Shown here in pieces: positions 17,063 to 24,738 of a stretch of 28,328 bases of DNA; position 1 is the first letter of the stretch, and the number at the start of each line of letters is the position of its first letter. Location: positions 1 to 28,328 of IMG/VR virus record IMGVR_UViG_3300037780_000077, one strand, 5' to 3'. The stretch is from a virus. Lineage: Duplodnaviria; Caudoviricetes. The translations under genes and the position numbers were made by a program. A model generated the notes under the pieces. It was given only the letters and a program-made list of their open reading frames with translations, did no database searches and had not been told where the DNA came from.

Positions 17063-17093
17063 AAAAAAGACAACGCCCCGCGTTAACGGGGCG
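17063..17093 (-). terminator. Rho-independent terminator ending the three-gene unit
   Basis: CGCCCCG-TTAACG-CGGGGCG-TTGTCTTTTTT, 10 nt after the stop at 17104. Confidence 0.7.
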
Positions 17094-17103
17094 CGTCCAG
17101 GGC

Positions 17104-17355
17104 TTATCGTTCATCGTCTAACGTTTCGGCGTCGATGCGAAGCGATTTAAGTTCGGCTAGGGCTTCCGTGTTTCTTAGCATCGCATCGGCCAGTGCGATA
17201 CGGGATCGCGTCCCGCCCTTTAATGTCGCATCGAAGAGAGCATCGGCCAGCTTGCCCGCCGCGTTGTCTAGTCTCTGTTTCGCGTGTCGGATCGCTTTAT
17301 TGTGGTCCGGGTGGGCGATACCGTCGGAAGTAATGAACATCGTGACAACTCGCAT
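17104..17355 (-). CDS. Hypothetical protein (83 aa)
   Basis: Leader GGAGATAGTACG-ATG; preceded by the 21-bp motif. Confidence 0.8.
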   Translation of the reverse strand: MRVVTMFITSDGIAHPDHNKAIRHAKQRLDNAAGKLADALFDATLKGGTRSRIALADAMLRNTEALAELKSLRIDAETLDDER

Positions 17356-17385
17356 CGTACTATCTCCAATTCGGGAAGATGGAAC

Positions 17386-17406
17386 GCGAACGCAACATGC
17401 GAACGC
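17386..17406 (-). repeat. 21-bp leader motif, copy 1
   Basis: GCGTTCGCATGTTGCGTTCGC, identical at 18201-18221 and 19191-19211. Confidence 0.95.
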
Positions 17407-17441
17407 AAAAAGGCCCGGACACCCGTTAGGACATCCAGGCC
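17407..17441 (-). terminator. Rho-independent terminator-like hairpin
   Basis: GGCCTGGATGTCC-TAAC-GGGTGTCCGGGCC-TTTTT with strand-specific G-U pairs. Confidence 0.75.
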
Positions 17442-17458
17442 AGGGAGATAGTGCGGGA

Positions 17459-18172
17459 TCAATAGTCGGGATACTCGGGCAATTGCTCGATAATCCAGGT
17501 CTTCGCGTCTTCGCTCACGTCGTCCAACTTGCGCACTTGCTCGGCTACCGCGTCGCGATCCCATTCGTAGGGATCATCCAACCAGTCATAGCACTCAATA
17601 TCTCGGCCGTCGATGCAAAGCGAGATATAGACCGGAGAGTTATAGAATAGATTCTCAAAGTATTGATGCGGATCGAATCCGCCCGCCCATATCGACGGAT
17701 CATACAACACGGTTGCATAGTCCCCTTGACAATGGCCGGTTATGCTTGTCGTGTTGTATCGCTCCGTGCCGATAGGCCGGTCCAGGCCGTCGCGGAGATA
17801 TTCGACTAGGTCCAGATCGGCTATCGTGTCGCTGAGCAATTCTAGCCATGCTTCCGGCTTGCTGGCGTGCCGATACTCGCGGCGCATCTCGATAACGTCG
17901 CGCACGCTTGTATAGCTATCGGTCAAGTGTTCTACGCACCATGCCCGCGCCTCTTTCCAAGTTACATCGGATAGGTCGATACAATCGAGCACGGAACCAG
18001 GCGCTTCATACTGACGGTAACTGGTATACCAGAAATAGCCATCGTTACGACCGATCCGGGCTATCTCGATAAAGTTTTCTTCCCATTCATGCCGAGAAAG
18101 GTCTGTATCGTAGAATACGGACAATTCTATGTCTGTTCCGGTCGATGATTGGTCGAAGTTTGTTTTACGCAT
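17459..18172 (-). CDS. Acidic hypothetical protein (237 aa)
   Basis: Start reassigned to ATG 18172 (GGAGATAGCT-ATG); contains GHCQGDYATV. Confidence 0.8.
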   Translation of the reverse strand: MRKTNFDQSSTGTDIELSVFYDTDLSRHEWEENFIEIARIGRNDGYFWYTSYRQYEAPGSVLDCIDLSDVTWKEARAWCVEHLTDSYTSVRDVIEMRREYRHASKPEAWLELLSDTIADLDLVEYLRDGLDRPIGTERYNTTSITGHCQGDYATVLYDPSIWAGGFDPHQYFENLFYNSPVYISLCIDGRDIECYDWLDDPYEWDRDAVAEQVRKLDDVSEDAKTWIIEQLPEYPDY

Positions 18173-18200
18173 AGCTATCTCCAATAGCGGTTACTTGAAC

Positions 18201-18221
18201 GCGAACGCAACATGCGAACGC
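18201..18221 (-). repeat. 21-bp leader motif, copy 2
   Basis: Exact copy of GCGTTCGCATGTTGCGTTCGC. Confidence 0.95.
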
Positions 18222-18260
18222 GAAAGGAAGCGCAACGCGGTAGCGCTGCGCGTCCAGGGG

Positions 18261-19160
18261 CTAGGCCGATAGTAGTTTGCCGATGCGGTAGACTTCCTGA
18301 GGCCGCACCCTGTGGCATCCGGCCGTTATGGTCCCGTCCGCGTCGATCCGGTCTATCTTAAAGTGCCCTAGTTTAATCTCAAACTTAGCCGAAAAGATAT
18401 CGGAAGTCTTAGCGGATCGGATATCGTTTAACATCCCGCATAGTCGCGGTAGCGCTCGCCTTGCATGATCGGCCGGAAAACTTGCGCCAAGGTTAGTTAG
18501 AACTTGCCCACCGTGTACCGTTAGCTTCGCATGGTAGCTACGCCATGCGGCCGGACAATAGGACGATAGCCCGTTGCGCCAGTTAACGTAGTGCTCATGA
18601 GTATCCCGCATCAGGGCAATGCGTTGCTTTCGCTCGCGTTTATCGCGTTCGATCCGTGCGCGTTCGCTTTGCTCGCGTATGCTTGCGCGTAGCGTTTGTG
18701 GCGTAGCGTCTTCCAATGTCCAGGCCCATTGCATGAGACGGGCTAACCGGTTAGCTTCGCTTAAAGTATCTTCAGCTTGCTCAAGTAACCAAGGACCGTT
18801 AACGCGGGCCCGCTTCGCTTTCTCGATCAAGTCGGCTAACTTGTTCGCATAGTATTCATAAGCGAGCAATTCGCTATTCCAAGCATTATCGGGCAAGGTA
18901 GCTATAAAGTAGCCGTCAGGAATAGCCGAACGGACATAGGAAGCATGTTTAGCGGTAGTGACCGAATAGCTTCGCGAATTAACCAGGACGATATCTGTGC
19001 CGCTTGGCGTGCGGGCAAACTCGGCCAAGGGAAAGTGATACCCATAGCTATATATCGTGTCTTGTTCAAAGTAGAACGTTTCGCCCGCGTTGCGGCCGCG
19101 AGTTTGCGAGCGTTGCGCCCAAACGTGAGCTACCATATCGTTATTAAATACCGTTTGCAT
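18261..19160 (-). CDS. Hypothetical phage protein (299 aa)
   Basis: Start reassigned to ATG 19160 (GGAGATAGCACA-ATG); VAHVWA, IYSYGYHFPLA, YSVTTAKH and AGCH look like conserved motifs. Confidence 0.82.
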   Translation of the reverse strand: MQTVFNNDMVAHVWAQRSQTRGRNAGETFYFEQDTIYSYGYHFPLAEFARTPSGTDIVLVNSRSYSVTTAKHASYVRSAIPDGYFIATLPDNAWNSELLAYEYYANKLADLIEKAKRARVNGPWLLEQAEDTLSEANRLARLMQWAWTLEDATPQTLRASIREQSERARIERDKRERKQRIALMRDTHEHYVNWRNGLSSYCPAAWRSYHAKLTVHGGQVLTNLGASFPADHARRALPRLCGMLNDIRSAKTSDIFSAKFEIKLGHFKIDRIDADGTITAGCHRVRPQEVYRIGKLLSA

Positions 19161-19190
19161 TGTGCTATCTCCAATAGCGGGTGAGTTAGT

Positions 19191-19211
19191 GCGAACGCAA
19201 CATGCGAACGC
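19191..19211 (-). repeat. 21-bp leader motif, copy 3
   Basis: Exact copy, beginning 7 nt downstream of a -10 box. Confidence 0.95.
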
Positions 19212-19218
19212 TACGATA

Positions 19219-19246
19219 ATCATAGTAACGTATCGGCAGGAATCAA
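19219..19246 (-). promoter_or_regulatory. Leftward sigma70-type promoter
   Basis: TTGATT (19246-19241)-N16-TATGAT (19224-19219), with an A/T-rich UP-like tract at 19256-19279. Confidence 0.65.
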
Positions 19247-19496
19247 GCTAAACCTCAAGAAAAGAAAAGAAAATAATAACGCTATCGCTTGCGTGACCGG
19301 GTGCGGCCGAGCCTCGCGCGGCGTTGATATGGACCGGTTACGTCAGGACGCTTAATAGAGGTATCGTTCCCCTATTAAATCGCGATACCCAATTTTTATC
19401 CGAACCCTGAATTTCGCCCGAAATCAAAAAAAGTTGAAATAAAAAGAACGAGAAACGATAGATTTTACCAAGAAATAAGTAAACGACAAAAGATGC

Positions 19497-19524
19497 TTGA
19501 CAAGGAACACGGAGCAAGTACAAT
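19497..19524 (+). promoter_or_regulatory. Rightward sigma70-type promoter
   Basis: TTGACA (19497-19502)-N16-TACAAT (19519-19524), with A-tracts upstream. Confidence 0.8.
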
Positions 19525-19555
19525 GAGCGGCAACCCTTAACCGAAAGGATTCGAC

Positions 19556-19918
19556 ATGACAAAAAAGGAGTGCCCACAGCACGGTAAACTCAAATACAAA
19601 AACACCCAGTTTGGAGGGCTTTGGGTGTGCGACCAACCTGGGTGTACGGTCAAGCAGTGGAACGGCTCTACCTCAACTCCCGCTGACGACGAAACAAGAG
19701 CCGCACGGAGAGAGCTACATGAGATGTTTGATCCCTTGTGGAGAGACCACGGAGTTTTTGTGTCTTCGCAGGGCAAGAAAGGAAGACGAGGAAAGGCGTA
19801 CCGTTGGCTTGCCGAAAACATGAACCTGAAACAAGAAGACGCTCACTTTGGTATGTTTGATCTGGAACAATGCAAAAAAGCCAAACGTCTCATACAAGAA
19901 CTGTTGGCAACCCCCTAA
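19556..19918 (+). CDS. DUF3268 family zinc-finger protein
   Basis: CPQH...CDQPGC, TPADDETRAARRELHEMFDPLW, AYRWLA and HFGMFDLEQC match this family; SD GAAAGGA. Confidence 0.8.
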   Translation: MTKKECPQHGKLKYKNTQFGGLWVCDQPGCTVKQWNGSTSTPADDETRAARRELHEMFDPLWRDHGVFVSSQGKKGRRGKAYRWLAENMNLKQEDAHFGMFDLEQCKKAKRLIQELLATP

Positions 19919-19932
19919 CCGAAAGGATTCAA

Positions 19933-20115
19933 ATGCTCGCACTCACCCGCCGCGTCGGAGAAGAAATCATCATCGGTGACCCGGACAAGCCCTTGGGCAC
20001 CGTCAAGGTCGCGGAGATCCACGGGGACAAGGTCCGCCTCGCGTTCGATTTCCCGAAGGACACCCCGATCAACCGCAAGGAACTTGCCGCTCGAAAGAAA
20101 GAAAACAAGGAATAG
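19933..20115 (+). CDS. csrA: Carbon storage regulator CsrA/RsmA homolog (60 aa)
   Basis: MLALTRRVGEEIIIGD...VKVAEIHGDKVRLAFDFPKDTPINRKEL; start reassigned to ATG 19933 with SD GAAAGGA; Arg equivalent to E. coli R44 retained (INRKE). Confidence 0.92.
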   Translation: MLALTRRVGEEIIIGDPDKPLGTVKVAEIHGDKVRLAFDFPKDTPINRKELAARKKENKE

Positions 20116-20165
20116 ACACCGAAGCAAGAACACACCACAAAAACTTAACAAAGAAAGAAAACGAA

Positions 20166-20699
20166 ATGGCAATCCAAGATAGAGTTTTTTTCGTAATAGA
20201 GCCCGGAGGCGAGGCAGAAGCGATCTGGAAAGAGTATCTAAAAAATAAAAGAAAAAGAGACCGGGAGAGCAAAAAGCTACGGGAAGAGACACCCTCTGCT
20301 GACGGGTTTTGGGGCTCTTCGAGCCGCCCCCTCTTGGCCTTGATCTCTAAGGATAGGGAGGCGGTCAAGGGCTGGAAGAAGAAAAAAGAACGGGACGGAA
20401 CCATAACGATGTGGCCCGACAAAAGAACCAAACTAGGCAAAGAAATAGACAAAAGAATCCAAAGCATTAACGATATATGCGACCGAGAGCAAGTGGCTTC
20501 TTCTTTTTTTGAGGGGAACGCGACCCACTGGGGAGACCGCAATCCTCACGGAACCGGTTTCTTGGTGACCTACCCCTCCTTCGGAACAACCAAATCGGGC
20601 AAGGTCGTGGTCTCGGTACACAAAAGAGCCAAGGCTAAGCCGATCGGCGGGCTCAAGAAAATCAAACTAAGCGAATACTTCAAACTCGAAGGAGACTGA
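20166..20699 (+). CDS. Basic hypothetical protein (177 aa)
   Basis: Open frame co-oriented with neighbours; Lys-rich. Confidence 0.75.
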   Translation: MAIQDRVFFVIEPGGEAEAIWKEYLKNKRKRDRESKKLREETPSADGFWGSSSRPLLALISKDREAVKGWKKKKERDGTITMWPDKRTKLGKEIDKRIQSINDICDREQVASSFFEGNATHWGDRNPHGTGFLVTYPSFGTTKSGKVVVSVHKRAKAKPIGGLKKIKLSEYFKLEGD

Positions 20700-20794
20700 G
20701 CCTCCAAGAAAAAAGAGAACAAGCACTAGACACCGACGCACGACAAGAGTACCCTACGTCTTTCCCCAACACCCGTTTCTTGAAAGGAAACACC

Positions 20795-21013
20795 ATGCAC
20801 CCCGAGTACACTGACCGCTTCAAAGCCGCCGCAGACAAGGCCAAGACCGCCCTGGCCGCGGCCAAGAACGAGAAGGAAGTCAACGACGCTCAGAACGACT
20901 TCAACAACACCCTGAACCAGATCAAGGCCGATGCCAAGGCCCGGCCCGAGGGCACGCCCAAGCGAAACAGCCCGAGCAAGGCACCCGACACTTCCCCTGG
21001 ACAACCCGGTTGA
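20795..21013 (+). CDS. Hypothetical protein (72 aa)
   Basis: Start reassigned to ATG 20795 (SD GAAAGGA); strongly biased codon use. Confidence 0.75.
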   Translation: MHPEYTDRFKAAADKAKTALAAAKNEKEVNDAQNDFNNTLNQIKADAKARPEGTPKRNSPSKAPDTSPGQPG

Positions 21014-21026
21014 TACAATAACGGCG

Positions 21027-22184
21027 ATGGACCGCCAACAGGCCCTACAACTCGTTCGACCCCTGTCCCCGCACAGCCCCGTTGCCTCCGTGCCCGCCAC
21101 GGACGCGCGGGGTTTTTCGTGCCTGACCGACCTCGAAGACGGAACCTTGGCCTTCGAGCCGACCCCGACCGAACCACACAACGAGCCACGGAGAGCCCAC
21201 GACAAGCGTAGGATGTTCGAGCGGGCGTTCGAGGACCAGAAGCTCACCCTGGCCGACCTGAGCCCGTACCGCGTCCGTGTGGCGTGGAGGGCAGTGCGGT
21301 GGATCTCGGTCAAGCTCGGGGCGCTGCCGCCCGAACTGCTCTTGGGCGGGATGCCCGAACAACCGGGAGATGCGACCAACGGGCTGGACCTGCTATACCG
21401 CCCGCACCTGCCCGACCAGTTCCGGCCTCTGAACCCCGACCGGCCGACCCGCAAGCTCATGGAGATCGTAAGGGAGTGCTGCCGCCTCTGCGACCCGGTG
21501 CCCTACGAGCGGCTGCACCCGAACACCGACGCGATCGTGACCGACGAGAAGCCGGGGTTTACCTTGTTGCCCACGGCGCAGACCGCTGAGTTCTGGGTCA
21601 AGGCCTTCGACGTGGCCGCGGAGTACCTCTTCCTCGCCCGCGGGAGCAAGAAGAACAAGGACCAGGGCCGGTACGGGATGCTGGGCCTGACCGACCCGCA
21701 GACCGCGGCGATCGCCTGCCCGGTTCCTACGGAGTTGATGTTCTGGGAGGTCTTCTTGGTCGATGAGGCACTGAAGATGTTCGCGAGCAAAGGCGAGCAT
21801 ATCATCGACGCGAACCTGCGGGAGTTCTACGGGCTGCTGCCCGACGAGACCCGGCCGGTGCTCGACCAGGCGAGGCGGATCATCCGTGACCGCACGGACC
21901 TCGACGTGAACGAACGCCGGGCGCTGATGGTCCTGCAGATCAACGACGTGATCGCTCGGGCACAGGAGTCGGTAGACCACCGCGCCGAACTTGCGGCGTT
22001 GAAGCTGCGTAGCCAGATCGAGGGCATCACAAGGTCCGAGCCCGAAGACCTGAACAAGATGTTCCGCAAGATCGTGACGGACACGACACGCGAAAGGCGG
22101 AATATCGACTATACTGGTGACCGGTTGATCGAAATGGGAACAACAAAGGAAACCGAAGATGCAGACGAAAGAACTGACGATTGA
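21027..22184 (+). CDS. Hypothetical protein, possibly terminase small subunit-related
   Basis: Probable start ATG 21027 after the upstream stop; lies before terL; helical C-terminus AQESVDHRAELAALKLRSQIEG. Function is inference only. Confidence 0.5.
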   Translation: MDRQQALQLVRPLSPHSPVASVPATDARGFSCLTDLEDGTLAFEPTPTEPHNEPRRAHDKRRMFERAFEDQKLTLADLSPYRVRVAWRAVRWISVKLGALPPELLLGGMPEQPGDATNGLDLLYRPHLPDQFRPLNPDRPTRKLMEIVRECCRLCDPVPYERLHPNTDAIVTDEKPGFTLLPTAQTAEFWVKAFDVAAEYLFLARGSKKNKDQGRYGMLGLTDPQTAAIACPVPTELMFWEVFLVDEALKMFASKGEHIIDANLREFYGLLPDETRPVLDQARRIIRDRTDLDVNERRALMVLQINDVIARAQESVDHRAELAALKLRSQIEGITRSEPEDLNKMFRKIVTDTTRERRNIDYTGDRLIEMGTTKETEDADERTDD

Positions 22185-22443
22185 CGAGTGCGTGGACTGC
22201 AACCGTAAAGCTGCGGAGTGCGAGTGCGTTTTCATGGACCTGGGCTGGTCGGGAAGTAGAGACTACGACCCCTTGTACGAAGACCCCGACCACGGGGAGT
22301 ACGAAGATGATCCGTTCGAGGATGAAGACTGGGACGATGAAGACGATGAAGACGATGACGACTTCGAGGAAGACGAAGAAGACGAAGACGACTGGGAAGA
22401 CGATGACGACTGCGACGAGGACTTCGAGGACGCCTACGCCTAA
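22159..22443 (+). CDS. Cys-motif protein with extremely acidic tail (94 aa)
   Basis: SD AAAGGA; CVDC...CEC then Asp/Glu run; stop overlaps the terL start (TAATG). Confidence 0.75.
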   Translation: MQTKELTIDECVDCNRKAAECECVFMDLGWSGSRDYDPLYEDPDHGEYEDDPFEDEDWDDEDDEDDDDFEEDEEDEDDWEDDDDCDEDFEDAYA

Positions 22444-23972
22444 TGCCCAAGCACCACGCACAGATGGCCGACTGGTACAGAGAGGTCTCCACGGACATCT
22501 TCAAGCTCGCTGCCGCGTGTAACTTCAAGCCCACCACCAACCAACAGGCCAAGCTGCTGCAGGCGGTACAGGACGGCAGGCAGTCGATCGCGGTGCGCAG
22601 TGGTCAAGGACCGGGTAAGTCAAAGACGACCGGCATCGTCGCCCTGTACCGATTGCTGCAAGCGCCCTACTCCAAGGTCATCGTCACCGCCCCGACCATG
22701 AAGCAGTGTAAGGACGTGTGGCTCGAAGAACTCCGCATGACCCTGCGAGACGCCGACCCCGTGCTGCAGAGCCTGTTCGACGTTACCAAGACCCGAGTGA
22801 TCGTCGCCGGGGAAGACGACTGGGGCGTGACGCTGGTCACCGCAACCCGGCCCGAGAACGCGCAGGGGTTCCACCGCCCGGACATGACCATCATCGTCGA
22901 AGAGGCCTCGGGGGTCAGCCGCGACATCATGGAGCAGTTCGAGGGCACGCTCTCGAACCCCAACTCTCTCATCCTCCAGATCGGAAACCCGAACACCAGG
23001 GACTGTTACTTCTTCGACAGTTTCTACGTCTACAGCAACCGGTGGTACTGCCTCGCATGGAACGCGGAAGAGACCCCGCCTTCGGCGTGGTTCGATCCCG
23101 ACCGCAACAAGAGGCTGGCCGAGCAGTTCGGCAGAGACAGCGACGTGTACCGCATCCGCGTGCTCGGGGAGTTCCCTCATACCGACCCGAATTGCGTCAT
23201 CTCGGCCGAACAGTTCGAGCTAAGCGCCCCGCGAGGCCCCGAGGGTAGTCTCAGGCGGCTCAAACTCGCTCGGATCGCCGAGAGGGGCACAGCGGCCCGC
23301 TACGCCCGTCAGATCGGCTTGGACTTCGCACGGTTCGGGGGCGACGAGAACGTCGTCGTGCGGCGACAAGGCGGCTCAGTCGTCCAGTGGGCCTTCTGGC
23401 CGCACACGGACCCGAACGAGGTCGTCGAGCACGCCTTCGACTGGCAGCACGCCGCGGGCTGGACTGACAAGCAGACCCAGTACGTTGCCGACGCCGGGGG
23501 CATGGGCCAAGGGGTCATGCACAATTTCCACAGCAAGAACAAGCGACTGTTCGAGTTCCATACGCAAGCCTCGGCCTTCGACTCGCAGACCTACGGCAAC
23601 CGCATGACCGAAGCGTGGTTCCTGCTGCGGGAGCAGATGCGGGAGATCGAGAACGGAGGCGGCTGCTGCTTCCCTTCGGACGTGCTCCTGCAGAGGCAGT
23701 TGACGACCCGGCAATACTACATGGACCGCAAGGGCAGGATCGTTTTGGAGACCAAGGACGAGTACATGAAGCGACAAGGGGAGTCGCCCGACCGCGCCGA
23801 CGCCTTGGTCATGGCCTTCTACCCGTTGGAGATCGGCCAGGCCAAGATCTTGCGGAAGGACGCCTCGTCGCCGGGGATCTACCAGGCCCAGCGGATAGGA
23901 GAGGAACAAGGCACTGACCCCAAGACCGCTCGGCCGAGCGGACACACCGCGAGAGTGAGCAGGAGGTTTTGA
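22443..23972 (+). CDS. terL: Terminase large subunit
   Basis: Walker A RSGQGPGKS, VTAPT, Walker B IIVEEASG, coupling motif IGNP, nuclease motifs GLDFARFGGD and SPDRADAL. Confidence 0.93.
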   Translation: MPKHHAQMADWYREVSTDIFKLAAACNFKPTTNQQAKLLQAVQDGRQSIAVRSGQGPGKSKTTGIVALYRLLQAPYSKVIVTAPTMKQCKDVWLEELRMTLRDADPVLQSLFDVTKTRVIVAGEDDWGVTLVTATRPENAQGFHRPDMTIIVEEASGVSRDIMEQFEGTLSNPNSLILQIGNPNTRDCYFFDSFYVYSNRWYCLAWNAEETPPSAWFDPDRNKRLAEQFGRDSDVYRIRVLGEFPHTDPNCVISAEQFELSAPRGPEGSLRRLKLARIAERGTAARYARQIGLDFARFGGDENVVVRRQGGSVVQWAFWPHTDPNEVVEHAFDWQHAAGWTDKQTQYVADAGGMGQGVMHNFHSKNKRLFEFHTQASAFDSQTYGNRMTEAWFLLREQMREIENGGGCCFPSDVLLQRQLTTRQYYMDRKGRIVLETKDEYMKRQGESPDRADALVMAFYPLEIGQAKILRKDASSPGIYQAQRIGEEQGTDPKTARPSGHTARVSRRF

Positions 23973-24247
23973 TGATCTGCCCGAAATGCAAAGCCAACAT
24001 GAAGGTCACGCACAGCTACTCGTCGCACAACGGCCGAAGCCAACGCCTCGCGTGCGGGTGCGGGGTAACTGCGACGGCGGTCACGGTCTTCGTGGCGATA
24101 GACCCGGTTGCGGGGCAGGGGGTCTCGGCCTACCGCAAGCGACTCGATCAAGCAAAAACCCCGCCCTCCCTGGTGTTTGCCCTGGAGGACGGGGCTGACA
24201 AAAGTCAATCGGATTCGAGCAGGGACTTGACCAGATCTAAGACATAG
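23969..24247 (+). CDS. Zinc-ribbon protein (Ogr/Delta- or NrdR-N-like)
   Basis: MICPKC...VTHS...RLACGCG; start overlaps the terL stop; 3' end overlaps the convergent gene by 43 bp. Confidence 0.55.
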   Translation: MMICPKCKANMKVTHSYSSHNGRSQRLACGCGVTATAVTVFVAIDPVAGQGVSAYRKRLDQAKTPPSLVFALEDGADKSQSDSSRDLTRSKT

Positions 24248-24462
24248 GACACAGATTGTTGGTGCCCTTTTTCTTCCAGCAGGTCTCGGGGCAGCTTCGC
24301 GCGGAGCTTTAGGTCGAAGCGATCTGCTTTGTTTTTGCCCGAGGGCTTTAGCAAGATGCAGATCCCGAACTCTGCTCGGCCGAGGATCTCCCGCAGGACT
24401 TTGTCATCGGCCGCGAACTCTAAGTAGTCGCCCAGGCCGAACTCGTCGTGATCTTCGCTCAT
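24205..24462 (-). CDS. Hypothetical protein (85 aa)
   Basis: ATGA overlap with the upstream gene; last gene of the tail operon. Confidence 0.7.
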   Translation of the reverse strand: MSEDHDEFGLGDYLEFAADDKVLREILGRAEFGICILLKPSGKNKADRFDLKLRAKLPRDLLEEKGHQQSVSYVLDLVKSLLESD

Positions 24463-24722
24463 GTCGCAATGATACCCGCTGTACGCAGGGCACCGAGCAA
24501 CTCATCGACTTTATCCGACAAGGCCTGTACCTCGGCTTGGGTCGGGGGGTTCGTGATGGTCTGATTGGCGTCGGCCACGGCCGTTGCCTGGAATGCCTTG
24601 ACCAAGTTCGCGAGCGTGACTTTCTTGGCCGCGTCACTTGCTTCCGAGTCATTGATGATGGTCGTGTCCGCGCCAACCGGCGCGGTCTTGGCGGACAGTT
24701 GGTTGATCTCTTTCGTTGCCAT
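24459..24722 (-). CDS. Small fibre/decoration-like structural protein
   Basis: SD AAGGAG; C-terminus AVADA...KVDELLGALRTAGII resembles phage head-fibre trimerisation motifs; N-terminus KEINQL...KKVTLANL resembles fibre attachment motifs. Confidence 0.6.
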   Translation of the reverse strand: MATKEINQLSAKTAPVGADTTIINDSEASDAAKKVTLANLVKAFQATAVADANQTITNPPTQAEVQALSDKVDELLGALRTAGIIAT

Positions 24723-24738
24723 GAGAAGCTCCTTGGGG

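Noticed and set aside
17386-19211. 21-bp repeats as a CRISPR array, with the Cas4-like nuclease as a cas gene
   Set aside because: Copies are 0.8-1 kb apart and separated by whole genes; Cas4-like nucleases are common in phage replication modules; no other cas genes are visible.
15361-19223. Longer ORF-track starts (15413, 15939, 16307, 18184, 19223)
   Set aside because: They read through promoters, leaders or neighbouring genes; downstream ATGs have clear SD sequences.
20726-24208. Minus-strand ORFs opposite the terminase unit and nearby genes
   Set aside because: Antisense shadows of better-supported plus-strand genes.
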